From the IMG/VR virus record IMGVR_UViG_3300040985_001130, positions 1-35,092 of that record: DNA of 35,092 nucleotides; one strand, given 5' to 3'. The translations under genes were made by a program, and so were the position numbers. The DNA comes from a virus (Duplodnaviria; Caudoviricetes). How positions within the stretch are numbered: the first letter of the stretch is position 1; every line of letters begins with the position of its first letter. Below the pieces are notes generated by a model. That model did not search any database, was not told where the DNA came from, and worked only from the letters and a program-made list of their open reading frames with translations. This document shows positions 16,207 to 27,750 of this stretch, piece by piece.

Positions 16207-18039
16207 ATGGCTAAGCAAACATTAACAGATTTTTCATTACCAACAGATGCATACGCATCATTTGATGCAGTCAGCCTGAAAGCGCTTATTAAAGAGCGCT
16301 TAGATGAAACGAGCATGTTTACAGATCAAAACTACGAAGGTAGCAACCTGTCATCATTAATAGATATAATTTCATACAGTTATCATGTATTGCTGTTTTA
16401 CTTAAACCAGACATCATCTGAATCACTATTCACAGAAGCAGAGCTTTACGAAAATATGAATCGTATTGTGAAATCTCTCGATTATAAACCGGTAGGTCCT
16501 CAAACGAGCAACTTATCGTTTAATGCTACGGTTGACTCGACTCTGCCTCAAGGTACATACACAATACCTAGATATTCATTTTTAGATGCTAGCGGGATAT
16601 TCTTCTCCTTTAGAAATGATGTAACATTCAGCAAGACCCAAGACTCGACACAAACTCTGACACAATTAGTAACAGACAATTTGCTATATCAAGGCAAATT
16701 TGAAGAGTACCCACTTATTACAGCTCGAGGAGAGGAGTTTGAAACATTTACACTGATACCTGGTGACGATGTAATTACAGATCATTTTAGTATAGATGTA
16801 TATGTAAATCGTGCCAATACAGATACGTGGGAGCAGTGGACACGTACATCATCACTATATCTTGAAAATTCAGACGATAAAAAATATGAAGTTCGTCTTA
16901 ATGAGAATAAGAGGTACGAACTAAAATTTGGTAACGGTACTACTGGTACAAAACTGAAAGCTGGTGATATCATATCAGTTTACTATCTAAAGAGTGAAGG
17001 TAAGGCCGGTGAGATATCAGCCGGTGGTGTAGACGGTAGCACCTTAGCGCAATTACACACGGTCCAGTTTACATCTATTTTTGATGACATTAAGGATACT
17101 AATACCGACTACATAACAGATTCACAAATACTACTGTTACAGTTCACTAATGTAAATGCATCCTCGCTGTTTAGTGAAGGAGAAACAGTTGACGATATTA
17201 GATCCCGAGCTCCAAATACGTTTAGCGCACAACACAGGCTTGTGACAAAGGATGACTATGAGTCTCATGTTAGGCAAAACTTCTCAAACGTCATTAAGGA
17301 TGTTAAAATTGCAAATAACTGGGACCATTTAGACGGTCATATGAAGTACCTGATGGATACTATAAAGCTCTCATCAAGCAACAAGGATCCGAACAGTTTA
17401 TTTAACCACGTCATGTTTGCAGATTCATGCGACTTCAATAATATATACATATACGCAGTACCTACATTAGAAAAGACTGTATCATCGACAGTGAGGGCTA
17501 ATTATCTTAGACCTGCACAAAAATCTGCAATTATCAACAGTATCCGTGACAAGAAAATACTGACTACAGAGACTATTGTTGTAGATCCTGTATACATAGC
17601 TGTCGACGTTGGAGCCATCTCTACCGGTGAGTCTGCAACTGAAGCTATAGCAGGGAACACTAAATTACAGCTAGTTAGAGAAGTAAACTCATCTCGTAGC
17701 TTTGATTCTATCAAGAACAATGCATATACTATTATCAAGGACAATTTAGATAGCTCTGAGCTAGGCAAGACACTAGACATCACTGCTATTGTTACAGACA
17801 TGCTTAATATAACCGGAGTTACATCAATTAAGACTGTCAGATCTGACACGTCATTAGAGATAGACGGATTGAGCTTGTTAGTATGGAACCCGATATATCC
17901 TCATGATGATATTATGGCAACTACTGCCAATGCACCAATGCCATATTTCAAATTTACATACTTAAACGATCCAACAGGATTTATGGATAAAATTACAGTT
18001 GTATCAGAATCTACGTCAACTGGATCAGTTGAATTTTAA
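16207..18039 (+). CDS. gp6: baseplate wedge subunit (gp6 family)
   Basis: FTDQNYEGSNLSSLIDIISY, ESLFTEA, YELKFGNG..G, ETVDDIRSRAP, QHRLVTKDDYE. Confidence 0.93.
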   Translation: MAKQTLTDFSLPTDAYASFDAVSLKALIKERLDETSMFTDQNYEGSNLSSLIDIISYSYHVLLFYLNQTSSESLFTEAELYENMNRIVKSLDYKPVGPQTSNLSFNATVDSTLPQGTYTIPRYSFLDASGIFFSFRNDVTFSKTQDSTQTLTQLVTDNLLYQGKFEEYPLITARGEEFETFTLIPGDDVITDHFSIDVYVNRANTDTWEQWTRTSSLYLENSDDKKYEVRLNENKRYELKFGNGTTGTKLKAGDIISVYYLKSEGKAGEISAGGVDGSTLAQLHTVQFTSIFDDIKDTNTDYITDSQILLLQFTNVNASSLFSEGETVDDIRSRAPNTFSAQHRLVTKDDYESHVRQNFSNVIKDVKIANNWDHLDGHMKYLMDTIKLSSSNKDPNSLFNHVMFADSCDFNNIYIYAVPTLEKTVSSTVRANYLRPAQKSAIINSIRDKKILTTETIVVDPVYIAVDVGAISTGESATEAIAGNTKLQLVREVNSSRSFDSIKNNAYTIIKDNLDSSELGKTLDITAIVTDMLNITGVTSIKTVRSDTSLEIDGLSLLVWNPIYPHDDIMATTANAPMPYFKFTYLNDPTGFMDKITVVSESTSTGSVEF

Positions 18040-18041
18040 TA

Positions 18042-21000
18042 ATGCCCGTTATCACGAATACAGTTGAAATTCCGTTCACAATTACCGGGGGCATGGGCAC
18101 TGGCGTTGTAGGTGCAGGAACTGATACGCTATCCGGATATACTTGTCACCTTACCCAGTTTTATACTACAGTCGGTGATGTACCGAATTATATATCAAAT
18201 GATAAGTTTGTATGGGATTTCGGTGACGGTACACATGTTGCAGGTATTTCAGCTTCCCATGTATATAATTTTGCTGGTCATTATGTAGTATCATTAATAG
18301 GTTATAGTTCAGCTGGTGAACAATACCTAAGTACACAGACAAAGCAGGTATCTGTATCAGACTTATTTCCGAATAGGTTAGAACGGGTCACAGATAAAAA
18401 TTACAATCTTATATTTGTACCCGCTGGTCAAATAACCACATCTAACGCTGTACCAATTACGGTAAATCGATTTAGTAGCTGGCAGTCAGAGAGATCATTA
18501 TCCGCAACTGACAGTGATTACACACTTATTCTTGGAGCTAGTGGTTCACGTTCACGAAAGATTGATATCAATAGCTATGATACTGATAAGTGGGCACATC
18601 TTGACCGCTCATGGAGCTACTATAGATCAGTAACTGCAGATAATCTATCTATTAGCTACAAGCCGATAGATACAATAGAGACAAGTAATGAGGATATATA
18701 CTACCGTAGTATTGTTACTTGGGACAATGATGCGAGCGAATTTATACACATACTAGAGCGTACACCTACATCGTTACTTGATACTACATCCAGTACTGCG
18801 TTAGTCGGAACATCAGGTACCTGTACATATTATTACGCCGATGACACAGCATTAGTAGGTAATAGTAAGATCATCGGAACTGCTACGCTTGCAGGTCAAA
18901 ATACTCTCGATCGGGATAATGTAATCGGAAATAATACAACCAGCATTGTTAACGGTGAGTTTGTAAACTTCGCATATAATCAGTCATTAGGGTTTACTAT
19001 AAAGGTTACCAATACTACACCTACAAAGATAAACTTTACATCGACCGGTGTATCTACAATGCCATTATCTTTAAATAAGTGGCAACATTCTAGAGTACCG
19101 TTTGTCATTGGTCTAATTACTGATGATGATTCTACAATTAGATCCTTACCAGCATTATCAATTCAACCCGTACAGTCCGGTACACCCGCTAGCTCAACAA
19201 GCAACGTGGTCAATCTTAGTGTAATAAGCTCAACAGGCAATACGATGTCAGCTGAGTTTTTCAGGACTAATGATAACCAATTACCGACTGAACTTACAAG
19301 TTCGTACAGAGGTATGTTTATACCAAGAGATATCGGCGACGGTTGTAAAATATCCGGGCAAGTAAATGTTGACCTACCAGAATCATTCACTAATGAGATA
19401 TATTTTGGATTTATAGGAAATACTGATAATGATTCAATTTACCGAATAACGTCATACGATAATTTCGGCGTTAATGGTGAGACCGGACAGCTATCGTATA
19501 GCTGGGGTCGGTCCGATAGTAAAACAGTTTCAGGTGAGACTTTGTCATTTGCATCTGTACCGACAGGATCTACATCAAATGATCTGGATATTAAGTCACA
19601 CTTTACAACATCAAATGATGGTATATTATCAACAGTCGACACGTATGGTAACATTCTATCTAGTATAGACTTTAATAATGTTACTGTAGGTTTCGGGGCA
19701 TTGTCAGGTACACTCATTGATCTGTTAACTGAATCGACAGGAGACCAATATAATATCACACCGTCAAGCATCGCGCTAAACGGTAATAAGGATATATGGG
19801 TTACGATGACAGATAATAATCTCATCGCAAAGTTTAGTGATGACGACGGGCAAGTAGACAACTACTTTAGTAAACTCGGTAATACAGTAATCCTATCAGC
19901 TGACGGTGGCGGGTATAAGTATGAGCCAGGACTTATTGATACCGACGTTGACGATAATATTTGGGTAGCGTATACTCACAGATTGAGCTCATTTATAACC
20001 AAATACAATAATGCCGGTGTAGAGCAAGCTACTTATGAGTTCCCAAACAACGTCGTACCTCATGATATAGTAGTCGATAGATCAGGAAGTGTGTGGGTAG
20101 CGACCATACAGTCCTTGTCTGCGCGAGAAACGTTTAGTATTGAGGTTAGTGCATATGCTACCGATCAATACAGGTTCTATACTGGAGCTATTTCATTAAG
20201 CTCGTGGCAAGTAGGTGAAATAATTCAGAGTAGCTGGGAAACTGCCGATAGCCACTTTGCCGGCCCGTTTCTGATTACCGCCGCGGCATCGGCCGATGAG
20301 CTTGGCTGGTATGCTGATGCGCAACCATATACAGGCAGATTGTCTCAAGTTGCTACAAGTACTAGTGGTGTACCTGCCGTATCAGCAACCAATATCAGTG
20401 TATATCCATCTGATACAGTATATAAGATCGATTCAACTGGGTCACAGGTATATGCGGTGAGCGGATTTCACAAACCGGCTTATATTGTTGTTGACCAGAA
20501 TCAAGACTGTTGGGTTGGTCATGATGTCAATACGGTATCCAAGATAACAAGTACAACTGGCGTTAAGAGCTTGGATGTGCGAGTTGAATCATCTGAGTTC
20601 CTAAGTTTATCTAGCGGCAATTTTAAATCCTACGATGTACAGCAAATTGGTGGCATATCCTGTGATACGTCAGGTAACTTAATGGTTATTAACTCACCTG
20701 AAAATAGAGTATTTAGACACCCGATCACCACCCCGCAGTTATCAGGATACGTGACTATAGATCCACCTGCTGTTGGTGGTTCACATATGTATAGAGCGCT
20801 TGGTGACTGGACTGGCTGGCGTTGGGTCAATAAATACCGGTTCGTAGCATCATCTACACAGTCGCTAACTGGCGAATCAACAATCAATATATTTTCCTCA
20901 GCAGGTAAGTATAATGTTAATTTATTATTTGAAGATTTTGATGCTGCTGAGACTGTAAAGTCATACAGATTTCAGCCACAGTTACTTGAGCACGAAAAAT

Positions 21001-21776
21001 TATTCGATACATTCTACGGTCAGATCATAGGTGACGCTAGCGCAAATCCGAATTCTATCGGAAAATCTATATACTATAAAACCGCAAACTTTGCTAGTAA
21101 TCATTCTAACATCGATGAGTGTGATATCAGCTCTCTGTACTCATTATGTGAACAATATAATGTTAATATTGACAATTACAATCATAGCTATACCGGTGGC
21201 CTTAAACGGGTAATGAATATGACGTCAATACCTCATCATAAATTATGGGGTACAAGAAGTAGATTTGATCGAAGCTTTGATAAGGAAGGGACGAACAGCC
21301 CGACCTTGGGTATCAATTTAGGTGCAGAGGTAGACTTTAATACATACACCATCACAGCAGGTACTCCTATTGTAGCCGAACAGTTATTTAATAGAGAATT
21401 TTCTGTCATTAATACCATGTACGTATCTGGAGGTAGTGGTGATCCAGGATACAACAGCCAGGTAGGTATGTTATCTTCATATCCGCTTAGTGGTTACAAC
21501 TCGACATGGGGATGGGCTCTCCATAACACAGCTACTGGTAGTGAGATAGCAAAATATTACAATTTTTATGAATATGCACCTGTATACAGTAACGTACAGC
21601 TGGAAGGTTTAATTGACTGGGATAATTCATACACCAATTTAGTTGAATCAAATAGCGGTCTCGAGACTTGGACAGATGATGATGGTATAGTAGACGCAAT
21701 GATAGATTATGAACTGAGAAGAGGATTAGATATGTTTATGTCTTCTGTATCTGGATCTTCATCCTCACTTCTGTAA
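18042..21776 (+). CDS. large baseplate-associated protein: PKD domain, beta-propeller repeats, C-terminal wedge (gp7/gpI-like) segment
   Basis: PKD motif WDFGDGT...SHVY..AG.Y.VSL; propeller repeats such as IALNGNKDIWV, DTDVDDNIWV, VVDRSGSVWV, VVDQNQDCWV; C-terminal NIDECDISSLYSL. Directly after gp6. Confidence 0.7.
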   Translation: MPVITNTVEIPFTITGGMGTGVVGAGTDTLSGYTCHLTQFYTTVGDVPNYISNDKFVWDFGDGTHVAGISASHVYNFAGHYVVSLIGYSSAGEQYLSTQTKQVSVSDLFPNRLERVTDKNYNLIFVPAGQITTSNAVPITVNRFSSWQSERSLSATDSDYTLILGASGSRSRKIDINSYDTDKWAHLDRSWSYYRSVTADNLSISYKPIDTIETSNEDIYYRSIVTWDNDASEFIHILERTPTSLLDTTSSTALVGTSGTCTYYYADDTALVGNSKIIGTATLAGQNTLDRDNVIGNNTTSIVNGEFVNFAYNQSLGFTIKVTNTTPTKINFTSTGVSTMPLSLNKWQHSRVPFVIGLITDDDSTIRSLPALSIQPVQSGTPASSTSNVVNLSVISSTGNTMSAEFFRTNDNQLPTELTSSYRGMFIPRDIGDGCKISGQVNVDLPESFTNEIYFGFIGNTDNDSIYRITSYDNFGVNGETGQLSYSWGRSDSKTVSGETLSFASVPTGSTSNDLDIKSHFTTSNDGILSTVDTYGNILSSIDFNNVTVGFGALSGTLIDLLTESTGDQYNITPSSIALNGNKDIWVTMTDNNLIAKFSDDDGQVDNYFSKLGNTVILSADGGGYKYEPGLIDTDVDDNIWVAYTHRLSSFITKYNNAGVEQATYEFPNNVVPHDIVVDRSGSVWVATIQSLSARETFSIEVSAYATDQYRFYTGAISLSSWQVGEIIQSSWETADSHFAGPFLITAAASADELGWYADAQPYTGRLSQVATSTSGVPAVSATNISVYPSDTVYKIDSTGSQVYAVSGFHKPAYIVVDQNQDCWVGHDVNTVSKITSTTGVKSLDVRVESSEFLSLSSGNFKSYDVQQIGGISCDTSGNLMVINSPENRVFRHPITTPQLSGYVTIDPPAVGGSHMYRALGDWTGWRWVNKYRFVASSTQSLTGESTINIFSSAGKYNVNLLFEDFDAAETVKSYRFQPQLLEHEKLFDTFYGQIIGDASANPNSIGKSIYYKTANFASNHSNIDECDISSLYSLCEQYNVNIDNYNHSYTGGLKRVMNMTSIPHHKLWGTRSRFDRSFDKEGTNSPTLGINLGAEVDFNTYTITAGTPIVAEQLFNREFSVINTMYVSGGSGDPGYNSQVGMLSSYPLSGYNSTWGWALHNTATGSEIAKYYNFYEYAPVYSNVQLEGLIDWDNSYTNLVESNSGLETWTDDDGIVDAMIDYELRRGLDMFMSSVSGSSSSLL

Positions 21777-21782
21777 TATACA

Positions 21783-21790
21783 TATAAATA
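21783..21790 (+). promoter_or_regulatory. perfect T4 late promoter TATAAATA
   Basis: Exact consensus in a 24-nt intergenic gap, 10 nt before ATG 21801. Confidence 0.8.
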
Positions 21791-21800
21791 GTTACATAGA

Positions 21801-24800
21801 ATGGCGAATAAAAGTACAGATAAGCTGACAGACCCGTTATCATATATTGACTGGCTACAGCAAGGTAATATCGATACAACGGTTGAGAGTGACCTATTCG
21901 TACAATATAGTAACTATGTACGCAATTTCTATCAGTCATCAAATGCTGAAAAGTCTTCTAACCGGCAGTCGGTAGCTGATATATACAAAGCGCTTCTTAA
22001 GGATATAACTTTAAGGTACTCTACTGTTGATGAGCAGCGGTTTTTATCTAATATTAATTACGATGACCCAGCCGAGCTGGATATAATCATACCGTACTTT
22101 GCAAAGAAGCTTAAACAGGTTACTCAGTATTTGGTAACCAAGCGTCAAGATGTACAATTCTCAAAAATAAAGAGTAGCTTTAAGGGTAGTGAGCTCGGTG
22201 TGAAGAAGGCTATAACTGATACAATATATGCATTATTAGGAGATAAAGACTTCACACAAAAATATCCTCGTACTCAGATCCCTACAGTAAGTGCAGCTAT
22301 TGAAAATGTAACCATCAGCGTCAATACACTATATGACACCTATCAAAATTATTTCGATCTTGATCCTTCCACTGATAAAACAACGTACTGCCAGGGTGTA
22401 AGCTCAGGGTATCACTATGACCAGTTTGGTAGCAATGTAAACCCTGTTAGCGAGCTCGCCTTTATAGATATACAATCTGCCATAACAAGCTTATTTGAGG
22501 AGTTGCCACAAATACTGACAACAGCTTGCAGTGATGATGTAACGTCTAGTTTAAACTTAGATTTACTGATCAATATACCGCGGTCAAATATATCAGAATT
22601 ACCATATAATTACTTTGTCGATGCCACCAAAACTCTTGACAACTTAATACTACAATACGATAAAAAATTATCCGAGAAGTATGCAGGTACGTCTACATAC
22701 TATCTATCAACAGATAGCACAGCAACATATTACGTATCAGGACTATTATATGAAGCATCAAACTCATCTGCTAATATATTGAATAGGTACTTTCCATCTG
22801 TAGCGTCAGTACCCAATACAAACAACTTATCAGACCTAAAAGACATAGGGGGATTTTTCATACCAACAAAGCTTGGCATATTAAACTACTCTGCACCAGT
22901 ATTTACATATAAACTAGACACTGCTAATTTACTACCTAATACATTGTATGTATTCCCTGATCCTGATCAGTACGGTGCTGGTCGTGGTAACACAAAGACT
23001 GATCAATCTTCACCATATAAGCATACCGATGATATATCACCAATTAAGACAGGTACAGGCAACGGCGAGCAAGCTGGTGATATTACAAATGCCAGTAAGA
23101 TACAAAAGATGTGGCCATATCAGTCCACAGAAGAGTCACTACAACTACATAGTACAGGAGTAAGCAGATCAACTGATAATATCGATTTCTGGACTGGTGA
23201 TGCGAAGGATGTATGGTCCAATTCTGATATATACCCTATACTAGCCCAACAAGACTTACCCGTTCAGTCTAAGTTAGATGATTTGTTGATATCTGACAAT
23301 ACTTTGTATCAATGGAGGACTGATATATACGGTAACGAGTACGGCTTATATAAAGCGCTGCACCCCTCGAGGACAACTACTAATCAGACAGCAGGTAACT
23401 ATACTACTGCTGCAACACAGTCAACAGATACTACATTGGCTTCAGGCTTATCCAGTTTACTGAATAAACAGAATGTCAATTATTTTGACTTTCAAGCGTC
23501 AGCTCACACAACCGAATATAGTTCCACACCATCACCTGTCTCTAACGAGACCACAGCATATGATAAGCATGATCAATACGGGAATTGGTACGTCCGAAAT
23601 TCAATGTCGACTGTAATAGGTCCAGTGTCGAGCGCTCTCAGCGGTGTATTCGTCAAATACACACAACTGACTGACGTAATGAGCGAGATAAATTATAAAA
23701 TTAAAAATTTCGATATCATTAAAGACGTCGTGATTATTGAAACTGATAATTTCCTTATATTCGAAAAAATAAAATATAATGCTGAGACTGAAGTATACAC
23801 ATCTGATATCGGTCAACGATTGTATATCTCATTATCAGGCAGCAATAGAGCGTTAGAGAACTTCAGTAACATATGGTATAATGATGTTGAAGACGTAATA
23901 TACGTTGCTACATTGCTGGTACACCCGTATCTGTCAGGTAGTAACTATAAGGCGATATATCCGAGAGTTTATGAATATGATATCGCCAAAAAGGATCTTA
24001 GAGATATATATTCACTAGCTACGTTAACCACCGCTACAGATATAAGTACAACATTTGACACACTTTGTACAGCTGGTTATTCACTGTACGGTACAACACA
24101 GCAAATCAACATAACATCCGCGGCCCGCCCGAATATATGCTTTAACAGATTAGATAAGAAATTTCTTATTTCATACACCGGGCAAGATCCTGCCAATAAG
24201 GTGTATACCGCAGTTACATATCTTGATACAAAGACAGGAAAAACATTTGATACATCTGTAATTAGAATGTTTAAACCTGTCAATAGTATATCGAATTATC
24301 ATATAGATAACTTTACAGCGACATCCAATCAGCCTAGCATCTCAGCTGACATTGAAGGCATATTAAATCGGACTAATACAAGCGAGACACATCGCTTTTC
24401 AGTCGACGGGCTGGTATCTGAAATTGATACGTTCGGTCCTATAAAGCAGATAGTATACGGATCAGCTACTGAACCTTCATTGTCCGGTCGGCCCGTAAAT
24501 CCTGTCACGAGACATATTGATACAGCGTCTGGTAATTTCCTACTCGGGCATGACATACAACAAAAGATTGCATCTACTGGTGAGTTACCGACATATGTTG
24601 ACAATTCTCCTGCTTTACCATATACTCATAATAGTTCTTATGTGATTGATAACACAGGACTTGATCCGCTAGTTCAAGATATCGAAGCATATATTGACGT
24701 TGCATTCTATACGTTGACTGACGGTAATTCCGCTTACACCCATACTCTAAATACGACCGAGTCAGCGTTCGAAGCATTACCTACAAAATATAGTGGTACT

Positions 24801-25562
24801 AGAGCTCCTGGAGGAGGCCTGAGCATATTCTTATTTGATACATCATATGAGTTTTATCCAGCCGGTATAGGTAGCGCTCTCGGATATACTAACTACACAG
24901 GGGCAATGGGAGACAATTATTCATTTACAGCTGACGTTAATGGTATCCGCGGTGGGTACATCGGAGTTGGTTTTGATATTGAAGGCAATTTCGGTAATTC
25001 GACTGACAGTAAAACAGGTACAACCGGGATCACGGCATATGACCCAGGTCATGGCAGCTTTCCTTATATAGGTACAGTTGGTACGTGCCCAGATACTACA
25101 GTATCACCAAACACATTAACACTGAGATCTAGTGAGATTTCTAGCTACAGAGTACTCACAACAACAAGCAATCTCAGCAATTATCCAGTTGTTAGTGACG
25201 AGGAATATGACGCGTCACCGGCAGTAACGCTACACGAATATGTTTCGAGTAGAGATGATATAACATTCCACAAATTAAAAGTAGCGCTACAGAATGGCGG
25301 GAAACGAGTTAAAGCAGAGATATTAGATGCTACCACTGGCAAGTTCTATCCATATATGACATATGATTTAACAAGTATACCCCCTACATCCCTAAGAGTA
25401 GGTGTATCATTCGCTACATCAGATAGATTTACAAATTGCGAGATAAAAACATTTAATGTATATGGTACAGCTAAGGAATATTTTAAAGACAGAACCGTGT
25501 CGAAATTTGAACCGTTATCGTCAGCAGCATTTAGTGTAAGTGCTCACAGTAACTTCTGTTAA
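21801..25562 (+). CDS. large virion protein with a C-terminal L-type (legume-like) lectin domain
   Basis: Helical N-terminus ending FKGSELGVKKAI; C-terminal GGGLSIFLFD...GSALGY...GGYIGVGFDIEGNF...PTSLRVGVSFATS resembles bacterial L-type lectins. Confidence 0.65.
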   Translation: MANKSTDKLTDPLSYIDWLQQGNIDTTVESDLFVQYSNYVRNFYQSSNAEKSSNRQSVADIYKALLKDITLRYSTVDEQRFLSNINYDDPAELDIIIPYFAKKLKQVTQYLVTKRQDVQFSKIKSSFKGSELGVKKAITDTIYALLGDKDFTQKYPRTQIPTVSAAIENVTISVNTLYDTYQNYFDLDPSTDKTTYCQGVSSGYHYDQFGSNVNPVSELAFIDIQSAITSLFEELPQILTTACSDDVTSSLNLDLLINIPRSNISELPYNYFVDATKTLDNLILQYDKKLSEKYAGTSTYYLSTDSTATYYVSGLLYEASNSSANILNRYFPSVASVPNTNNLSDLKDIGGFFIPTKLGILNYSAPVFTYKLDTANLLPNTLYVFPDPDQYGAGRGNTKTDQSSPYKHTDDISPIKTGTGNGEQAGDITNASKIQKMWPYQSTEESLQLHSTGVSRSTDNIDFWTGDAKDVWSNSDIYPILAQQDLPVQSKLDDLLISDNTLYQWRTDIYGNEYGLYKALHPSRTTTNQTAGNYTTAATQSTDTTLASGLSSLLNKQNVNYFDFQASAHTTEYSSTPSPVSNETTAYDKHDQYGNWYVRNSMSTVIGPVSSALSGVFVKYTQLTDVMSEINYKIKNFDIIKDVVIIETDNFLIFEKIKYNAETEVYTSDIGQRLYISLSGSNRALENFSNIWYNDVEDVIYVATLLVHPYLSGSNYKAIYPRVYEYDIAKKDLRDIYSLATLTTATDISTTFDTLCTAGYSLYGTTQQINITSAARPNICFNRLDKKFLISYTGQDPANKVYTAVTYLDTKTGKTFDTSVIRMFKPVNSISNYHIDNFTATSNQPSISADIEGILNRTNTSETHRFSVDGLVSEIDTFGPIKQIVYGSATEPSLSGRPVNPVTRHIDTASGNFLLGHDIQQKIASTGELPTYVDNSPALPYTHNSSYVIDNTGLDPLVQDIEAYIDVAFYTLTDGNSAYTHTLNTTESAFEALPTKYSGTRAPGGGLSIFLFDTSYEFYPAGIGSALGYTNYTGAMGDNYSFTADVNGIRGGYIGVGFDIEGNFGNSTDSKTGTTGITAYDPGHGSFPYIGTVGTCPDTTVSPNTLTLRSSEISSYRVLTTTSNLSNYPVVSDEEYDASPAVTLHEYVSSRDDITFHKLKVALQNGGKRVKAEILDATTGKFYPYMTYDLTSIPPTSLRVGVSFATSDRFTNCEIKTFNVYGTAKEYFKDRTVSKFEPLSSAAFSVSAHSNFC

Positions 25563-25590
25563 CAGTATAGCTTGCTGATGAGAGATTGTA

Positions 25591-25598
25591 ACTAAATA
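25591..25598 (+). promoter_or_regulatory. T4-late-type promoter ACTAAATA
   Basis: Ends 9 nt before ATG 25608. Confidence 0.65.
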
Positions 25599-25607
25599 TT
25601 AATAAAT

Positions 25608-27749
25608 ATGGCAGAGAGTAGGGTAAATATCAATAAATTAGATGGAGTTACTAGCCTAAAAGCTGGTGATTTCCTTATCATTGAGACCCCTGAAGGTACG
25701 AGGATATTAGACTTTAAAGACTTTAGTATCGGTATAGATAATACTACATTTTCTACGACTATATCAGGTCATACAACAAATATATCAGATAATACCTCAT
25801 TGTTAAGGCAGCTAACTGCCTCTCAAACCATTAATACATCTCTGGTGTCTCAAGTATCAGGTGTCTCTGGTCTTATGTGGAGAGATGACTGGTCAGCTGC
25901 TACTGCATATAACTCTCAAGACGTTGTACAGTATGAACAAAGTAGCTTTGTATCTCTAGGTGATAATACCAATGAAGTCCCTGCTGACGGTGATGGTGTA
26001 TTGAATAGTTCATATTGGAATTATCTCGCTAAGAAAGGGACTGTTACTCTGCCACTTTCAAGCGCCAGTGCAATACTCTCATATGACGGTAGTAACCTCG
26101 TTGAAGTCAAACCTGAAAGTGATGATGAAATTGGATATGTACTAACATCACAAGGTACCTCGAATACGCCAGTATGGCAGCTTGGAACAGACGGCCAAGC
26201 CGGGGCAAAAGTTGAAAGAGTGTATTCCGGATCTATTGGCAGTAGACGATGGGGTCATGAATTCGGACCCGTGTTACTAATGACCGATGGCAGGTTGATA
26301 GTAGCTGGAGATGATGACGGTCATGGTGTTCTTGCGCAAGGCCGTGCCCATGTGAGTGCTTATACTTTTGGGTTACAGCCTATGATGTTTGACACTCGTA
26401 CGTGGTCACATTCAGCCGATACGGTCAAAAATGTAACTCGAGGAGGTAGGACTAATTTTGTAGTGTCGTCCGCAGGAGACGTGTACAGTACTGGTGTTGG
26501 TGAGTTTGGTGAGCACGGCCATGGTGACACGACTAGTAGATACATGCTTACTCGAATTGGGTATTTCAAGACAAACGATATCAAGATCAATAAAGTTTTG
26601 ATATCATGTACTGTTGATTCAACTGCCGGAGCTCAGACGTCTATGTTCTTAACAACAGCGGGAGATGTATATGCTTGCGGATACAATGCACACGGGCAAT
26701 GTGGTCTAGGCAATACAACAACTCCTCAAACTACCCCTGTAAAGGTAACAAACATTGGAGTAGGTACTACAGATGGACCTATTGTAGAGATATATCATGG
26801 TGGTACCTATAGCACTACATACGCAGTTACGACCGGTGGTAAGGTATACGGTTGGGGATATAATGGTGGTGCCCGCTTAGGGTTAGGTGACACGACAAAC
26901 AGAACGGCTCCAACTGTGCTTACTGCATTGAGCGGCGCAATAAAGATCGAGGTACCATCGAACGGTATATACTATAACGATGCAGGAAGTCAAACGTACG
27001 AACAAACATTCGCATTGCTGAGTACTGGTGTAGTTTATGGTGCTGGAACTGATCAGGCTAATCATGGCATTTTCGGTGTTGGCGCAGGTGGAACCCGGAA
27101 TACATGGACTGCTGTCTCCGGTGTTAGTGGATTTACTGATATAGCTCATAGTGGCGCGTACCATCAGGCAATGGTTGGATTGTCTGGTACTGAGGTATAC
27201 GGCTGGGGATATAATGGCACTAGGGCATTAGATGGTCTAACCACCGCCGCCGTCCTAACACCGATGAAGCTGTCTAATGTTACAGGTTGCCTATCAAGTG
27301 GACCTGATCAAGATAATTTTGATATCAGAGGAGATATTAGCGAAATAGCATTTCATTCCCCAGCTGCCTTTAATGCCACGTACGCGGGTCAGATTCTTAC
27401 TGTCAGAGACAGCGCTGGTAATTTTTACAGCGCCGGGGTTAACACTGTAACCGCCGGTATTAATAATGTCGCCAAAAATATACCAGCACCACAGTTAACA
27501 ACAACAACAACCACTGACGGGTTTGTAAAATGGAATCTACCGTGCACACCAGCTGATATTAAGGATTGGGGATATTATGATTCCTCGGCTGGTGATACAA
27601 CTGACCACAATCAAGGTAACTACTATATACTAACAACAGCAGGTAGACTGTTTGTCTGGGGACAAGGATACGGGATTGTACCAATGACAACGCAATGGGA
27701 GCAAGGTAATTATAGCTATGCTGGAGTATGGCGAGAAGTGAGATTTTAA
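25608..27749 (+). CDS. putative tail fibre / receptor-binding protein with a CBM5/12-like motif and RCC1/BLIP-II repeats
   Basis: WRDDWSAATAYNSQDVVQY...W; repeats GDVYSTGVGEFGEHGHG, GDVYACGYNAHGQCGLG, GKVYGWGYNGGARLGLG. Confidence 0.75.
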   Translation: MAESRVNINKLDGVTSLKAGDFLIIETPEGTRILDFKDFSIGIDNTTFSTTISGHTTNISDNTSLLRQLTASQTINTSLVSQVSGVSGLMWRDDWSAATAYNSQDVVQYEQSSFVSLGDNTNEVPADGDGVLNSSYWNYLAKKGTVTLPLSSASAILSYDGSNLVEVKPESDDEIGYVLTSQGTSNTPVWQLGTDGQAGAKVERVYSGSIGSRRWGHEFGPVLLMTDGRLIVAGDDDGHGVLAQGRAHVSAYTFGLQPMMFDTRTWSHSADTVKNVTRGGRTNFVVSSAGDVYSTGVGEFGEHGHGDTTSRYMLTRIGYFKTNDIKINKVLISCTVDSTAGAQTSMFLTTAGDVYACGYNAHGQCGLGNTTTPQTTPVKVTNIGVGTTDGPIVEIYHGGTYSTTYAVTTGGKVYGWGYNGGARLGLGDTTNRTAPTVLTALSGAIKIEVPSNGIYYNDAGSQTYEQTFALLSTGVVYGAGTDQANHGIFGVGAGGTRNTWTAVSGVSGFTDIAHSGAYHQAMVGLSGTEVYGWGYNGTRALDGLTTAAVLTPMKLSNVTGCLSSGPDQDNFDIRGDISEIAFHSPAAFNATYAGQILTVRDSAGNFYSAGVNTVTAGINNVAKNIPAPQLTTTTTTDGFVKWNLPCTPADIKDWGYYDSSAGDTTDHNQGNYYILTTAGRLFVWGQGYGIVPMTTQWEQGNYSYAGVWREVRF

Positions 27750-27750
27750 T

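Noticed and set aside
1-18039. Bacterial eCIS / T6SS / tailocin locus
   Set aside because: T4-type gp18, gp6 and gp25, a TerS-like gene, gp44, dUTPase and T4 late promoters indicate a phage; no host genes are present.
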